DNA from: Neoconidiobolus thromboides FSU 785
Lineage: Eukaryota; Fungi; Entomophthoromycota
NCBI GenBank assembly: GCA_025603075.1
Contig: MU626346.1
Location: 1-64,000 of the forward strand
Direction of reading: 5' to 3'
Length of the DNA stretch: 64,000 bases
Below the pieces are notes generated by a model, which made no database searches, was not told the origin of the DNA, and saw only the letters and a program-made list of their open reading frames with translations. The position numbers and the translations under genes were made by a program. This document shows, one piece after another, positions 12,624 through 24,822 of this stretch. Numbering within the stretch: the stretch's first letter is position 1; every line of letters begins with the position of its first letter.

Positions 12624-12815
12624 ATAGTAAATAGCAAAGTTTTTAAGCAAATGTGGTGTTTATAAAAATCCACTTTAACTTGAGAAATATCTAACTAGTT
12701 AATCTTTTTTATTATTAAATTTACACAAATTATTAACTTTTTATTATTTAATAAACTTAGAATAAAAATCCAATCATGCTATAAAAATAACTAATTTATA
12801 AAATTGACTTTTAAT

Positions 12816-15041
12816 CTAATTGTTGACGTCTTCTTGAGACATTAAAATTGCTAGTTTTAAAGCTTCTTCTTCACTCAAATCCAAAGCTTCAAACTCTTGT
12901 TCTAAGTTTAAGTTATTTGGCACTACACTAGGGGAGTTTTGGCTTGATAAAAATAAAGCGTATTCTAACATCTCTTCTTCTGATAATGGAAGGTCTTGTA
13001 ATTTCTTGACTTGATCATAAATCATGTCTTGGTGGTGTTTATCTTTTCTATGATCTCTTATAGACTCTTTGATATCATAATGAGTAGAACCTAGGAACGA
13101 GAGTTAAATTTGTTAATAAAAGTGAGTAAAGTGGTATTACCTTTTGGTCCCGCTTTGGATAGTGGCTTTGATCTATTGGCTGATAGTTGAGCTAAAACAA
13201 AATAAAAAATTAAGCTTATAATAATATAAATAACCTACTCAAGTGATTTCCAAAATGGAAAATAAAAATGTTTCCATGAATGGCAAAAATGACTTTAGTT
13301 GAATATAATTTTATAATTGTCACCTTGTAATTAACAATATCCAGGGGATGGTATCGTTTGTTTATAAAATTCCTATTTCAAATTTTAAACAAACTATGAG
13401 TATTACTATTGAAATAAAGCAAATTACCATAGTTTTATTTTACGAATTAGCCTCTTTGATGTGATATCCCAAATGTACATTAAAGCTAAACTTCCACTTT
13501 ATATATAATTTAGTTTTATCTCTTATAGTTCAATTGTCTTACTCAAATCCAACAACTTTAACCGCGTCAAATAGTACAGCATTCAAACTAGTAATAGAAG
13601 GCGTACCTCGACTATGCCTTGGTTTATATGTTCTATTATAGTATTAAAAAAATAAGCTCAAAGTTGGAACTTTAATATCTACCTTGATTCTTCCATATCT
13701 ACTATATTAAACATAGTGACCCCATTATCTCCTCTTCCAACAGCCAGTAAATCTGGGAACAAACTATTTGTATTGCAACAAACAGCTTTAAATTGGAATT
13801 CATATCTTACCATAGCTAACGATACTATATTTAATTTAATGAGTTGATTTGTTGTACATATTAGTAAAGTTTCTTCGTCAAAGATCATCATCCCTAGCAC
13901 AGGAGTGCCCAAGGTGGTCCTATGATAAGGGAGGAGGTTTTGTACCGGTTCTGTATGGTGCCATAAATAAATCTCGTTGAGGTTATCTAATGCTATGGTA
14001 TACTTTCCGCTTTGTAGTAAGCTAATGATGTTATTTTTAAGTCCTACAAATATTAAATTTTGCTGTAATAAATATAATATAATAAAATATACCATTCAAG
14101 TTACACAACTTTGTTTTTGTTGTTAAGTCCCATTTTATAACTGACCCATCGATGGAACCACTTAGTAGAATTATTTCGGTTCCTTTGCTATAAGATGTTA
14201 ATGTAGTAACAGCAGATACATGGGAGCCAACTAATGGAAATAAATTGGTGTTGCCGCTCTCATAAAAATTGAAGGCCACTTCTCCAGACTCATAGCCTAG
14301 CATTATGATATCTCTGGAAATTCAACATATGTAATTTCTTTTAAAAATGAACTTACTTTGCTAGGTTTAAACAAGTAGTTGTTCTCCTATTCGAACCAAA
14401 AGTCAGCTGCTTGATAAATTTACCAGTTTTTATGTCTATCAAGCTACTTGTGCCTAATTAATTTATAAATAAAAAGCAGTAATATAAACTTGTTATTTGA
14501 TTTACCCTCAGATTGGTTACCGACTAGCATAGACTTTGGGTCGACTTCGGTTGGGATCAATTCCAAGTTAGTTATAAAATCCATCCTACTTCCAATCCTA
14601 TCCGCCATACAACGATCATATTCCAAACTCCTATCCAATTTTTAATTATTGTTACCATTAATTTCATTTCACTTACCTAATCATTTTAACCCTCTTAATA
14701 AACTCATATTTCCATGTTTCTGCAACTCTACTAATAACCAGTTAGTTGAAATAATTTAATACTAAAAGTAATTACTATATTGGTAAACTTCCAAAGTTTT
14801 TGATAAAAGCTACTTGCCATACATAATCATCTTCCATCAGCTGGTTCCAAAATTTACACACTTGGGTTGCTACGCTCTAAACCTTAGATTAAATTACGTT
14901 TCAATTATTGAAAAAGAAGCTTACCAATTCCTTTGGACTTAAAAATGAAAAGATATAAGCAAACAAGACGTTGGGTAACTTTTCGTTAATCTGATTTGGC
15001 ACTTTTGGTGGCTTTAATCTGATTCCTTTGATTTTTTTCAT
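12816..15041 (-). CDS. F-box/WD40 protein with two C-terminal UIM-like motifs (many introns)
   Basis: ATG at 15041 gives ...KLPNVLFAYIFSFLSPKEL..VCKFWNQL (F-box). WD motifs include SHVSAVTTL..LSGSIDGSVIKWD. The C-terminus has SEEEMLEYALFLS and SEEEALKLAILMS. Confidence 0.8.
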
Positions 15042-15420
15042 TGTTGAATGATTTAATAAAAAACAGAGCTTTAATTTTGAGTTTTTTTAGTGACTTCAAG
15101 CTTATAAATATACATAGTTGACTAATTTTTTATTTTGCTGCGTGATATTATTTAGAAATCTATTTTTAAAATACCAAAGACTAAGCTTCATACATATTAA
15201 TAGTTAGGATCAAAGTTGTAACAAATTAAATTTTTAGTGTTAAGTAGATTTGGTTACTTTATCAATCTTTGGTCATCTATTGGGGTACATTATATAGGAT
15301 GCTATAAGCTCTGTCACAGTGATTTCCAATTGCTGAAAATATTTCTATAAAATTTCCTTTTTAATTGGCAATTAATTTTAAATCCTTTTTAGTCCCAAAA
15401 AAACAAGTTTTCTTTTTTTA

Positions 15421-16780
15421 ATGAATGAACCTAAACCAGTAACCAAGGGAAACTTGGGTGGGAATGGCGCTAAGCCAAGGAAGAAGCCAAGGGGCAAAAA
15501 AGGAAAAAGAGAAAAGGTGTTTCGAGATATTAATTTAGATAAAGAGTTGGAGGGTATAGAAAGCTTGAAATTAAAATTGGTTGTTCGTCACTTACCTCCA
15601 ACTTTACCACAAGCAATTTTCGAGCAAAGTATCAAGCAATGGTATACTGAAGAAAGAATCGGTTATTTTAAATATTTTCCAGGGAAGGTCTATCAAAAGT
15701 AAGTTTCATATATTTATATGATTTTGATTTTGATCTTGATTTTGATTGCGTTTTAAGTTTCAACAAAAAGAATACTAGCTCAAGAGCTTATATAAAGTTT
15801 AATGCTATAGAATTCTTGATTGAATTTTATAAATCATACAATGGTCATAAATTTATCGATAGTAAAGGTAAGCAGTTTCTTTTACAAAGCTCCACTCTTA
15901 TTAATTACTTTAGGTACTGAAAGCATTGCTTTAGTCGATTATGCTTTAAATCAAAAAGCCCCAAAGAATATTCGAGAAGATAATAAAGTTGGCACCATTG
16001 AAACGGGTAATAAATTTTATACAACTTTAACTGTACATTTAAAGTCAATATTTAAGATCCGGAATACATTCGATTTTTAAACAAGCTAGAAAATAATGAA
16101 GACGAGGTTGAAGACACTAAGGCTAATGAAACTAGCCAAACCAACCCACAAGGTAAATAGTCGTAATAGTTAGAGTATATGCTAATGAAGTAGAAATTAA
16201 AGATGAAAAGGTGACTCCATTAATTGAGTACTTGAGATCAAAGACTGCTAGGTTTGATTCGCGCAAAAAAAATCGTAATAAAGAAAACGAAGGTCAGAAT
16301 GGGTCTAAGAATAATAGTAGCGGTAAAGAAAAAAACGGGTCAAATAAAGAAAAAATGACAAAGAAAAATAAAGAAGGGAATAAAGAACGTTTTAAAGGTA
16401 AACCCAATTCTGCAAAAAAGAAGTCTGAGCCATTTGGCAATAAACCAGTCCAAATATTAAAGGCTGTAAAACCAAATCCCACTGAACATGAAGAGAAGCC
16501 AGGAAAGCCAAATAACACCTCTAATAATGGACCTAAGCCAAGTAATGCTTACAGCAACGTGCCTAAGCTACATAATACTTCTAATAATGGATCTAAGCCT
16601 AAGGAGAGTATTAATAACGGATCTAAGCCTAAAGAGGGCCTTAAAAACAAAGGAGAAACAAGCACTCCTCGTAAAGTATTCCTTGTGGAGAATGGCAAAA
16701 TTGCGCCGGATGGTGGTAGTTCAAATAATAACCGATTTAAAGGTCAGCGTCATTATCGTAAACCCGAGAATAAGACTTGA
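15421..16780 (+). CDS. UPF3: Nonsense-mediated decay factor UPF3 (spliced)
   Basis: KLVVRHLPP, FKYFPGK, SRAYIKF, YNGHKFIDSKG, TIETDPEY and TPLIEYLR motifs of the Smg4/UPF3 family. Confidence 0.9.
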
Positions 16781-17129
16781 AATATCTATAGTATATTGTG
16801 ATTCTTTATATTCAAATTGAAATGGATGCCAATTATAAAAAGTTTGAGTAGGTTGAGGTTCTGCTTAAAATAGATTGAGAGGACTTCAACTTTAATTAAG
16901 CTTTAAATTAAGTATAGTAGATTTGACTTTGGTTTATTAAAGTTAGTATTATATATCATTAGGATGCTTTGGTTTTTAAATTTTAAAATTAAGTTTTAAG
17001 TTTTTATTAATATAATATCTATAATCATTTGGTGGCTTCCATGAACTTGCTTTGAAAAAGGAGTTTTATCTTAATCTGATAATAATTTTTACTAAAAATA
17101 GTTTATTCAGAAACGTTTGCTTAAAATCA

Positions 17130-18960
17130 TCCCCAACAAGTGGGTAGATCACATTTATCGGGTAAAGTTGATATGCTCTTTATGCTAGAAATAACAGTCA
17201 ACACAGGAAATTTTAAACTGTTAGCAATTTTAAAAAGTAATCCAATTTTAAACATGATATATTTTGTGTACTTAAATATAATTTTATTGATTATAGGCAA
17301 GCAAAAAGAGTTAATCATATTCGAAAATGGGTCTTATATTGACCCTAAGGTAATTTGTAAATTGAAATAGCTATAAGCATATGATAGTTCAACTTTTTGA
17401 TACATATTATAGTTGGCAAAATTTTATGAACACCAAGCCGTAAGAAAAATCCTTGTAAAGTTAGCAATAGCTCTCAAAAATAGACATGTATTTAGACTGG
17501 CTTTGTTCAGATATATTGGGATCCCCTGTTTAACTTGATAAAAGAATGATAATAAATCACAAATAAGCTAGCTTTCAATATAACTCATTCGAAAACCTTA
17601 GTTAATTTATAGTGTGAATTTGTTTAAACATACCAATTCTGTAGAAACAGGCAGTGAATTTGTTTCATGTAGAAGAAAATCCAAATGTGTTTAGAGAAAA
17701 TCTATAGAGTATTGAGTTGGATTCCTCGAAGAGATTTTAGGTTGTGTACCATTACTGCAATTTAAAATCATTCCTTAGAGTATCAAGTAATTCATCATCC
17801 ATTTGTGTGATACACACCCTGTTAAAATATTTCTCATACTTTTAAATAAGTGAACTACTCTAACATAACTTAAGGAAGAATCAATTAAACAATATTTTTT
17901 CTACTAGCAAATTTGACTTCTCAAAAAAAACTCACTGCTAAATTAGTGAATAAAAATCAAAGACAGATTAGTTCATATTATGTATAGGTTTTCAGAAAAA
18001 ACTAAATAGATAAGTTTCTAAAATATTATAGTATTATAACAGAAATGATAGCATAAATTTACAGTATTAATTTAAATTATTTAACCCTGTTTAATTGATA
18101 ACTTTTTGAGTTATGATAAAACTAATCGTTTGGGATAATATGCAAACCATTTTGTTTAGTAGTGCATGTAAGGATCCTATTCTCATCTGATTAAAAATTA
18201 TGATTAGTTTGGTTAAGTATGAATAGTTAAAATTTATCAAATTGGTTGACATAATCAATGGAAATTGACAAATATATAATTTGGAAAATATAGGATATAG
18301 TTTGACGTATTAATATTACACTCGGTATTATTATACCCACTGTTACTACATATATAGAAGAAAGAAAATCTATTAATGGTACTATTGTTATCTAAAACTG
18401 AGCAGCTATTTGCTAATAGATCGTGGCAGAGTGTAAAAAGTATATTCAAACCATGATCAAATTCTATTTGAAAGTCAGAAATGATACAAAAATTATCTAG
18501 TACATTGCTTTTCATAACACCATCACATAGCAACAGTTGGATGTAAGCATCTTCACCAACTAAATTATTGTACCCAATAGTTTGAGGATTTGAATTATAC
18601 TTTTTAAAAAAATATCTCCAAAAGTTCTACTATTACGTTTATTAAATTTAATCGTTTAGTCGACTCGTATGCTTTTGGCAGCATATTGTCACGAGCTAAA
18701 ATTGGCCTTAATTCCAGTCTTTTAGCTATACTTTTTACTTGAGTAGACTATAAAAACAGATGGTTTTCTAACATATTATGTCCATATAGATAATCATATC
18801 CTTTTCCTACCATATCCTTTTCCTACCATATCAAATTGAAGAACCTTATCACTTTGACTAATTATTTTACTTACCATGCTTTTCATAATTCCAAATAGAT
18901 TAGCTATCTTTTGATAGGGAAAATCTCACTCTCATATATAAATCACCTCCTTTTTATACT
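17130..18960 (-). pseudogene. Possible decayed coding sequence (broken, protein-like frames; family not recognised)
   Basis: Collinear stop-interrupted frames at about 18255-18640, 17650-17830 and 17127-17318 with protein-like composition. No diagnostic motif. Confidence 0.2.
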
Positions 18961-19445
18961 CCAAGTTTGTATAAGCACTAGTTCTTTTGTTTTCCTTTAT
19001 TAATATTTGAAAGTGTCTGTATAGTTTTTGTAAAAAATGATGAATTAATCTTTGCTTTTATACATGATCAAGCTTCTGGCTGTTCTATGTTTATATTAAA
19101 ATAGTGAATTTTAATTTCAAAACATCATAAACTCAAAAATACTCTTAAATTTTAATGAAATAGGTACCAAAGGTAAGAAAATCTAATGAATATAATAAAT
19201 ACTTAAAGTAACAAGTTATGTAATTGTACAATTATTTAACATCGCCAACTATAAACAGAAATTGCTAAAAAGACCATAAACTTTAATATTATATCCGGCT
19301 TTATAAAAGTCTTGTATCATTTATTTGATTAGTCTAGATGTGACTATTACAATGTAACACAAAAACTGCTAATTCTGTATTATATGAGGATGGATTTTGT
19401 CTAAAAATTTTATTAACAATTATTCTACTCAAATAGCATTAAACA

Positions 19446-19485
19446 ATGAAAAAAGTGATGAAACCATAAAAACGCCCCCCTATAT
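19446..19485 (+). mobile_element. MITE fragment (right end only)
   Basis: atgaaaaaagtgatgaaaccataaaaacgccccccTATAT matches the family right end. Confidence 0.5.
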
Positions 19486-20526
19486 TCTGAATAATTTTTT
19501 TTATTTTTAGCTTAATGATTTGACTTAGTTTTAAATGCAATAAAGCTATTTGCAATTGAATTATTAAAGTACTGAACTTCTGAAAGGAATTATATTGCTT
19601 TTGGATATTAAAATATAAAGAAAGCTAATTAAAGGATATAGAATACATCTTTTTTATATTACTAAAAAACATTTGTTTTTGGTGTACTTGAAAATGTGAG
19701 CTATTTTTTACTCTTATTTACATTATAACAATTCAGAATAAAATTATCTAGAACAAAAATTGTAACGTTTTCATATTTTAGAAGCAATAGATAAAGGACA
19801 TGTATAGTAAACTTGGTAAACTAAGAATTCGACTACCTATCTTTTACTCGAAAATTTGTTAAATAGGAAGGTGATAAAATTCAGAATCTTGTTATAGTGC
19901 ATTCCATGAATCAACGAATTTTAGTTAATTTTAAAGCGGTCCAGAACTAAAATAGATAAAAGCAGCAATAAAAAGTTAAAACGAGCCCTAAAAAATTACT
20001 TGTAATTTCTAATAAACAGATGAAGGTTTGCTCTTGAAGAAATATCTACTCACTTATTTTTATTATTAAAACCATAGTTGAACCCGACGCTGAGGTTAGC
20101 TTTTAGTGAACTATAAATAAATTCAATTAATTGCTATGAATCAATGTGAAGTGCAATATAGAAATTTTTTATAGGTTAATACCAATACAAACTAAACTAA
20201 AAACAATCACACTAAAATTCACTAGCTAGTATCAAAATATAAAACGTAAAATTGAAAACCAAGTGTAATTTGCCAAATAAAGTAATAGTCGAAAGTGCAC
20301 AAAGATGTGGAATAAAAGTTATTTAGTACACTTAATTGAAGCTTTTGATAGTATATGACGAAAAAGAGATTGATGAAATAAAAATGAAGATAAAGTTAGT
20401 GTGTATAAGAGAGGTTTCTAGAGATTTTCAAAAATTATCGTTTATCTAATAGAAGAATTTCAGCTTTATGATAATGTTGGAATAATCGATAACAAATACT
20501 AATATTTTAGATACGAAAATTTCAAT

Positions 20527-20606
20527 ATATGAGGGTGTTTTTTTTGGTTTTGTCACTTTTTCCATTTTTTAAGCACTACTTGAGCGGAAAGATTATTTAG
20601 TAAAAT
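20527..20606 (-). mobile_element. MITE copy J (reverse, truncated)
   Basis: atatgagggtgtttttttttgg...ccattttttaagcactacttgagcggaaa is the reverse complement of the right end plus core. Confidence 0.7.
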
Positions 20607-21134
20607 ATCAGTGAAGGAGATAATTTGGAAACTATCGGCAACAAATAAAATTTCAATAATTGTATAAGATTCTTTAAAGGACTTTGGTCTATTTTAATAT
20701 AGTTTTACTTTAAACATCATTCTATAGACCATTAAATATGTGATACACTGCTCAAATTATAGTATTAGTTCAAATGTCGTGAAATCAGTCATAGGTTTTG
20801 ACAGTCCTTAAATCATGATCAAAACCATACTACAAATAAAACAAAAGTAATAAGTAAATTGTATTTAAAAAAAAGCAAAGTATAATAGCTGAATGTGTTT
20901 AAAACATATATAAGTATAGAAAAGTGGATTATTTTTTCCAAGATATTATATTTTACAAATACTGCTAACATCTGATAATACTATCCTTTATACTTTATAG
21001 TTCAAAAGGTGTCGTAATTCAAAACTTTAACTATAACATACACACAATATTTACATATGGAGATATCCGAATTGGTTTCAGAATTTACTTAAGCTAACCC
21101 AAATTTCAAGTTTTTAAATTTGCAAGTTCTTAAC

Positions 21135-21240
21135 ATATGGGGATATATTTTTATATTTATGAACTTTACTAACGATTTTTCCGCTCAAATAGGGCTTAAA
21201 GATGGAAAAAGTAATGAAACTAAAAAAAATATCCCCATAT
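21135..21240 (+). mobile_element. MITE copy B (full length)
   Basis: ATATGGGGATAT...ATATCCCCATAT with the shared core. Confidence 0.8.
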
Positions 21241-21367
21241 GGTTGGCTAAATTTAAAAAGCTTAAACTAAATCATTTTATTTAATTTTAAAATTTTATTT
21301 TATTTTATTTTTTTAAATAACTTTTTTAATTATGCGTTTTATATTACCTTTATAAATATTTAACAGA

Positions 21368-22297
21368 TGTGAAATCTGATACTCAGGGTTTGGAGTCAAA
21401 AGCAGCTATTATCTGGCTGACTATACTGTAAGTCAAAAGGCCTTAGTTGATGTGACTAAGATAGACTTGAATTATGAAGAATAATACGTAATGGGCTACG
21501 GACTATGTAAGACAAATAGAATAGACAATACTAATGTAAAATCCACGTAAAATACTATTAAGGAAACTTTGTGAAATATCGCTTTGTCAGTCCTATGGTT
21601 AATTATAGTATAACAGCCGCCTAAGCTGTTGTGTTCTCGAGTTCAGAGAAAATCAATCCCATGTTCTTATTTTGATTTGTTATGAGAATTTCTAGCTCCA
21701 TCCCAAAGAATATTATCCTCTTATCTTGATATTTATACTTTTCAGAGTATAAAAGAGATTTTAGAGTATAGTAGTTCGAGGCTTTTTAACTGAATTATTC
21801 CCTGATATCTCGAACATTTAATAAAGCCACTAAGTTTTCTTAATAGTATTTTACGTAGATTTTACATTAATATTGTCTATTCTATTTGTTTTATATAGCT
21901 TGTAACCTATTACGTGGTACTCCTCATAATCCAGGTCTATCTTAGTCATATCAACTAAGACCTTTCGACTTATAGTGTAGTCAACCCAGCAATAGCTGTT
22001 CTTGACTCCAAACCCTGAGTACCAGATTTCACAACTTAGTGACTTTATTAAATGTGCAAAATATTAGGGAGTAATTCAGTTAAAAAGCCTCGAGTTATTA
22101 TACTCTAAAATCTCTTTTATACTCTGAAAGTACAAATATCAAAATGAGAAGATAATATCTTTGAGATGAAGCTAGAAATTCTCATAGCAAATCAAACTAA
22201 AAGCGTGGGATTGATTGTCTCTGAACTCGATAGCACAACGACTTAAGCGATTATTGTACTATAATCAATCATGGAGCTGAGAAAGCGATATTTCACA
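21368..22297 (-). mobile_element. Outer solo LTR-like element (~462 bp, split into 21368-21569 and 22034-22297)
   Basis: Termini TGTGAAAT...ATTTCACA. The two halves align in reverse complement with the inner copy. No TSD is evident at the outer ends (caga / gtac). Confidence 0.7.
21570..22033 (+). mobile_element. Inner solo LTR-like element (464 bp) inserted in opposite orientation into a sibling
   Basis: TG...CA ends with an 8-bp inverted repeat TGTGAAAT/ATTTCACA, flanked by a direct 4-bp ACTT (21566-21569 and 22034-22037). Internal TATAAAA near 21748 and AATAAA near 21820. Confidence 0.8.
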
Positions 22298-22387
22298 GTA
22301 CCTTGTTTATATTTTAATTTGTATAAAAGTAATTTTCTTAATATAAGTTTTTTATCGTTTTAATTAAAAATATTCTATTGAAATACC

Positions 22388-22494
22388 ATATGGGGATGTA
22401 TTTTTGTGTTTAAGAATTTTACTAATAATTTTTCCACGCAAATAGCGCTTAAAAGATGGAAAAAGTAATGAAGCCAAAAAAAACACTCCCATTT
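22388..22494 (+). mobile_element. MITE copy C
   Basis: ATATGGGGATGT left end, shared core, right end cactcccatt. Confidence 0.75.
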
Positions 22495-22561
22495 TATGTT
22501 TTAAAAACTTTGCTTAAAATTTTATAAAAATAAGTTTTTTATTATAAAATAAGAATACATA

Positions 22562-22668
22562 ATATGGGGATGTATTTTTTTGCTTAATAATTTTACTAAC
22601 AATTTTTCCACTCGAATAGTGCTTAAAAAATGGAAAAAGTTATGAAACCAAAAAAAACAGCCCCATAT
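22562..22668 (+). mobile_element. MITE copy D (full length)
   Basis: ATATGGGGATGT...CAGCCCCATAT with the shared core. Confidence 0.8.
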
Positions 22669-22788
22669 ATTATATTTTTTTAATTTTAACCAGTTTTCTA
22701 AGTTGATCAGATAAAAAATAAGCTAGTTACTATGTAACTGTTTTTAAAGAAATACAAAATAGATTTTTTTTATATAGCTAAGCTTCTT

Positions 22789-22826
22789 TATGGGGATGTG
22801 CTTTTTTGTCTAAGGATTTTGCTAAC
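22789..22826 (+). mobile_element. MITE copy E (left fragment)
   Basis: tatggggatgtgcttttttgtctaaggattttgctaac. Confidence 0.6.
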
Positions 22827-23019
22827 TGTAAAAATATATTTAAGACTTTTGGAAATAAAGTTAACTCCAAAGTTTACTTGGTATAAAGCTATTTAATTTT
22901 TTCATAATTTAAACCGAAAAAATTTATTATAAAAAAAAGCTATCAGTTAATATAAAGACTTGGACTAGTTTGGAATACCTGAACATATTGTATACAAAAT
23001 AAGCTAGATTTTAATTATA

Positions 23020-23123
23020 ATATGGGGGTGTTTTTTTGGTTTCATTGCTTTTTCCAATTTTTAGGTGCTATTTGAGCGGAAAGATTGTTAGTAAGATCCT
23101 TAAACAGAAGAATGCATCCCCAA
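23020..23123 (-). mobile_element. MITE copy F (reverse)
   Basis: atatgggggtgtttttttgg...gctatttgagcggaaagattgttagtaa...gcatcccca. Confidence 0.75.
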
Positions 23124-23522
23124 CATTGTAATTGTATAGCTGTTGAGTAATTATAACGAAATTTTATAGGGTTATTTTTGAAAGTTCTGTTTGAACTTAT
23201 TTTCAACTTTATATTAAGAATAAATAATACTATATAAAAAAATGTATATATATATTTATTAGTTTTTCGTAACCAAATTGTTTCTAAAATAGTAATATAA
23301 TTAAACAATCTATTTTTTACAATTTGAATCTAAGGAATTGTGTCAAAATAAGAGGGGTATTTTATTATCAAAAATTTAATTATCCATGAAAATCTCAAAA
23401 TATTTAAAAATATTATATTGGTAGGGAGCTATTAATACCTTTTAATACTTTTTGCGACCCTTATGTTAAATCAACTAAAAATTAGTAATAAAAAAGCTTA
23501 ATTAAACAATAGAACATTTCGA

Positions 23523-23629
23523 TTTAGGGATGTATTTTTGTGTCTAAGAATTTTACTAACAAATTTTCCGCTTTAAATAGCGCTTAAAAAATGGAAAAAA
23601 TAATAAAGTCAAAAAAAACACTCCCATTT
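23523..23629 (+). mobile_element. MITE copy G
   Basis: agggatgtatttttg...ttttactaacaaattttccgc..aaatagcgctt...cactcccatt. Confidence 0.75.
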
Positions 23630-24131
23630 AGTTTTATAAACGTTTAGACTGTACTAATTTTGTTAAAGCAACATTTAAATAAGTTTATAAGATATGTGAT
23701 ATTGATATTTGTACTGTATTTGTACTAACTTCTTACACTAAGCCTACTCTTCTGAAGGTCCAATTACTAAGTGTTGTTATAAACCATGAAAATATACTCG
23801 TACACATTTCATTGACAATACTTTTAAAATATTTAAAAGTAAAAAGCACTAATTCAAATAATAGCAAATTTTACTGATACAAATACATTTACCAACAAAT
23901 CAGCGTGAAAGTCAATTTAAACCTTTAGTTAACTGCTAAAATCAACTTTAAATAGTTTATTAAAACCTTACTCGATATAACCTTTGGAGTCCAAATTTAG
24001 TTTTAAAAAAGTATTTGCAAGTTCGGATTTTTGAATGATAAAAACTAGTTTAAGGTAGAGAATAGAGTAGGTGTTGATTCATTAGTATTGGGTAGGTGCT
24101 ATGTTGGCGTTATGCCGGGTTTAGGTTTAGT

Positions 24132-24238
24132 ATATGGGGATATATTTTTGTTTTTAAGAATTTCACTAACAAATTTTCCGCTCAAATAGCGCTTAAAAGA
24201 TGGAAAAAATGCTGAAGCTAAAAAAGACATCCCCATAT
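24132..24238 (+). mobile_element. MITE copy H (full length)
   Basis: ATATGGGGATAT...ACATCCCCATAT with the shared core. Confidence 0.8.
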
Positions 24239-24670
24239 TTAAGAAATAGCTGTAGCTATTTTTAATACATTTGATGTTTTTTGGGTTTGCCTTTAATTTA
24301 CAAAAAAAGAATTTTTTATATGCTCTTTTTCTCATATCAATTCTCTGAGACCTTAATCAGATATTTTTACTTTTTGAATTGGGCCTTATAAATACCATTA
24401 TTTACAAATGCCATATGGCTTACATGTATCTTCAAATTCCAATATTGATAATAAAATTTAGAGTAGCTTAATAAATGCACAAATATAGAGATGAATATAG
24501 CAACTTTTATTCAAAGCATGTATATTTTCAATTTCAAATATTGACATAATTATTTAGTTATAATATATCTAAGTCTAATAATGCACCTTTTGAACGCAAA
24601 CTTGCTGAAAGTCTCTTAATGTTAACTTAAATTTTGAAAAGTAGGTACTAAAGTATTATACTAAAACAAT

Positions 24671-24773
24671 ACATGGGAATGTTTTTTTGGCTTAATTACT
24701 TTTTACATCTTTTAAGCACTATTTGAGTGAAAAAATCATTAGTAAATCCTTAAACAAAAGTACATCCTCACAT
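24671..24773 (-). mobile_element. MITE copy I (reverse), 50 bp past the 7TM receptor stop
   Basis: atgggaatgtttttttgg...gcactatttgagtg...ttagtaaatcc...tacatcctcacat. Confidence 0.7.
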
Positions 24774-24822
24774 GATAGTTTTTAAGAAAATTATCCTAAA
24801 TATAGCAAAAAAATAATAACTA

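Noticed and set aside
18796-18835. 16-bp tandem duplication (catatccttttcctac, about 2.3 copies)
   Set aside because: An ordinary slippage-type duplication with no further structure.
21368-22297. Interpretation as an invertible-segment or pseudoknot-like recombination system
   Set aside because: Fully explained by a nested insertion with TG...CA ends and an ACTT duplication; no recombinase gene is nearby.
23042-24335. ORFs 23042-23308 and 24099-24335 on the minus strand
   Set aside because: They run through MITE copies F and H and low-complexity DNA, with no protein motifs.
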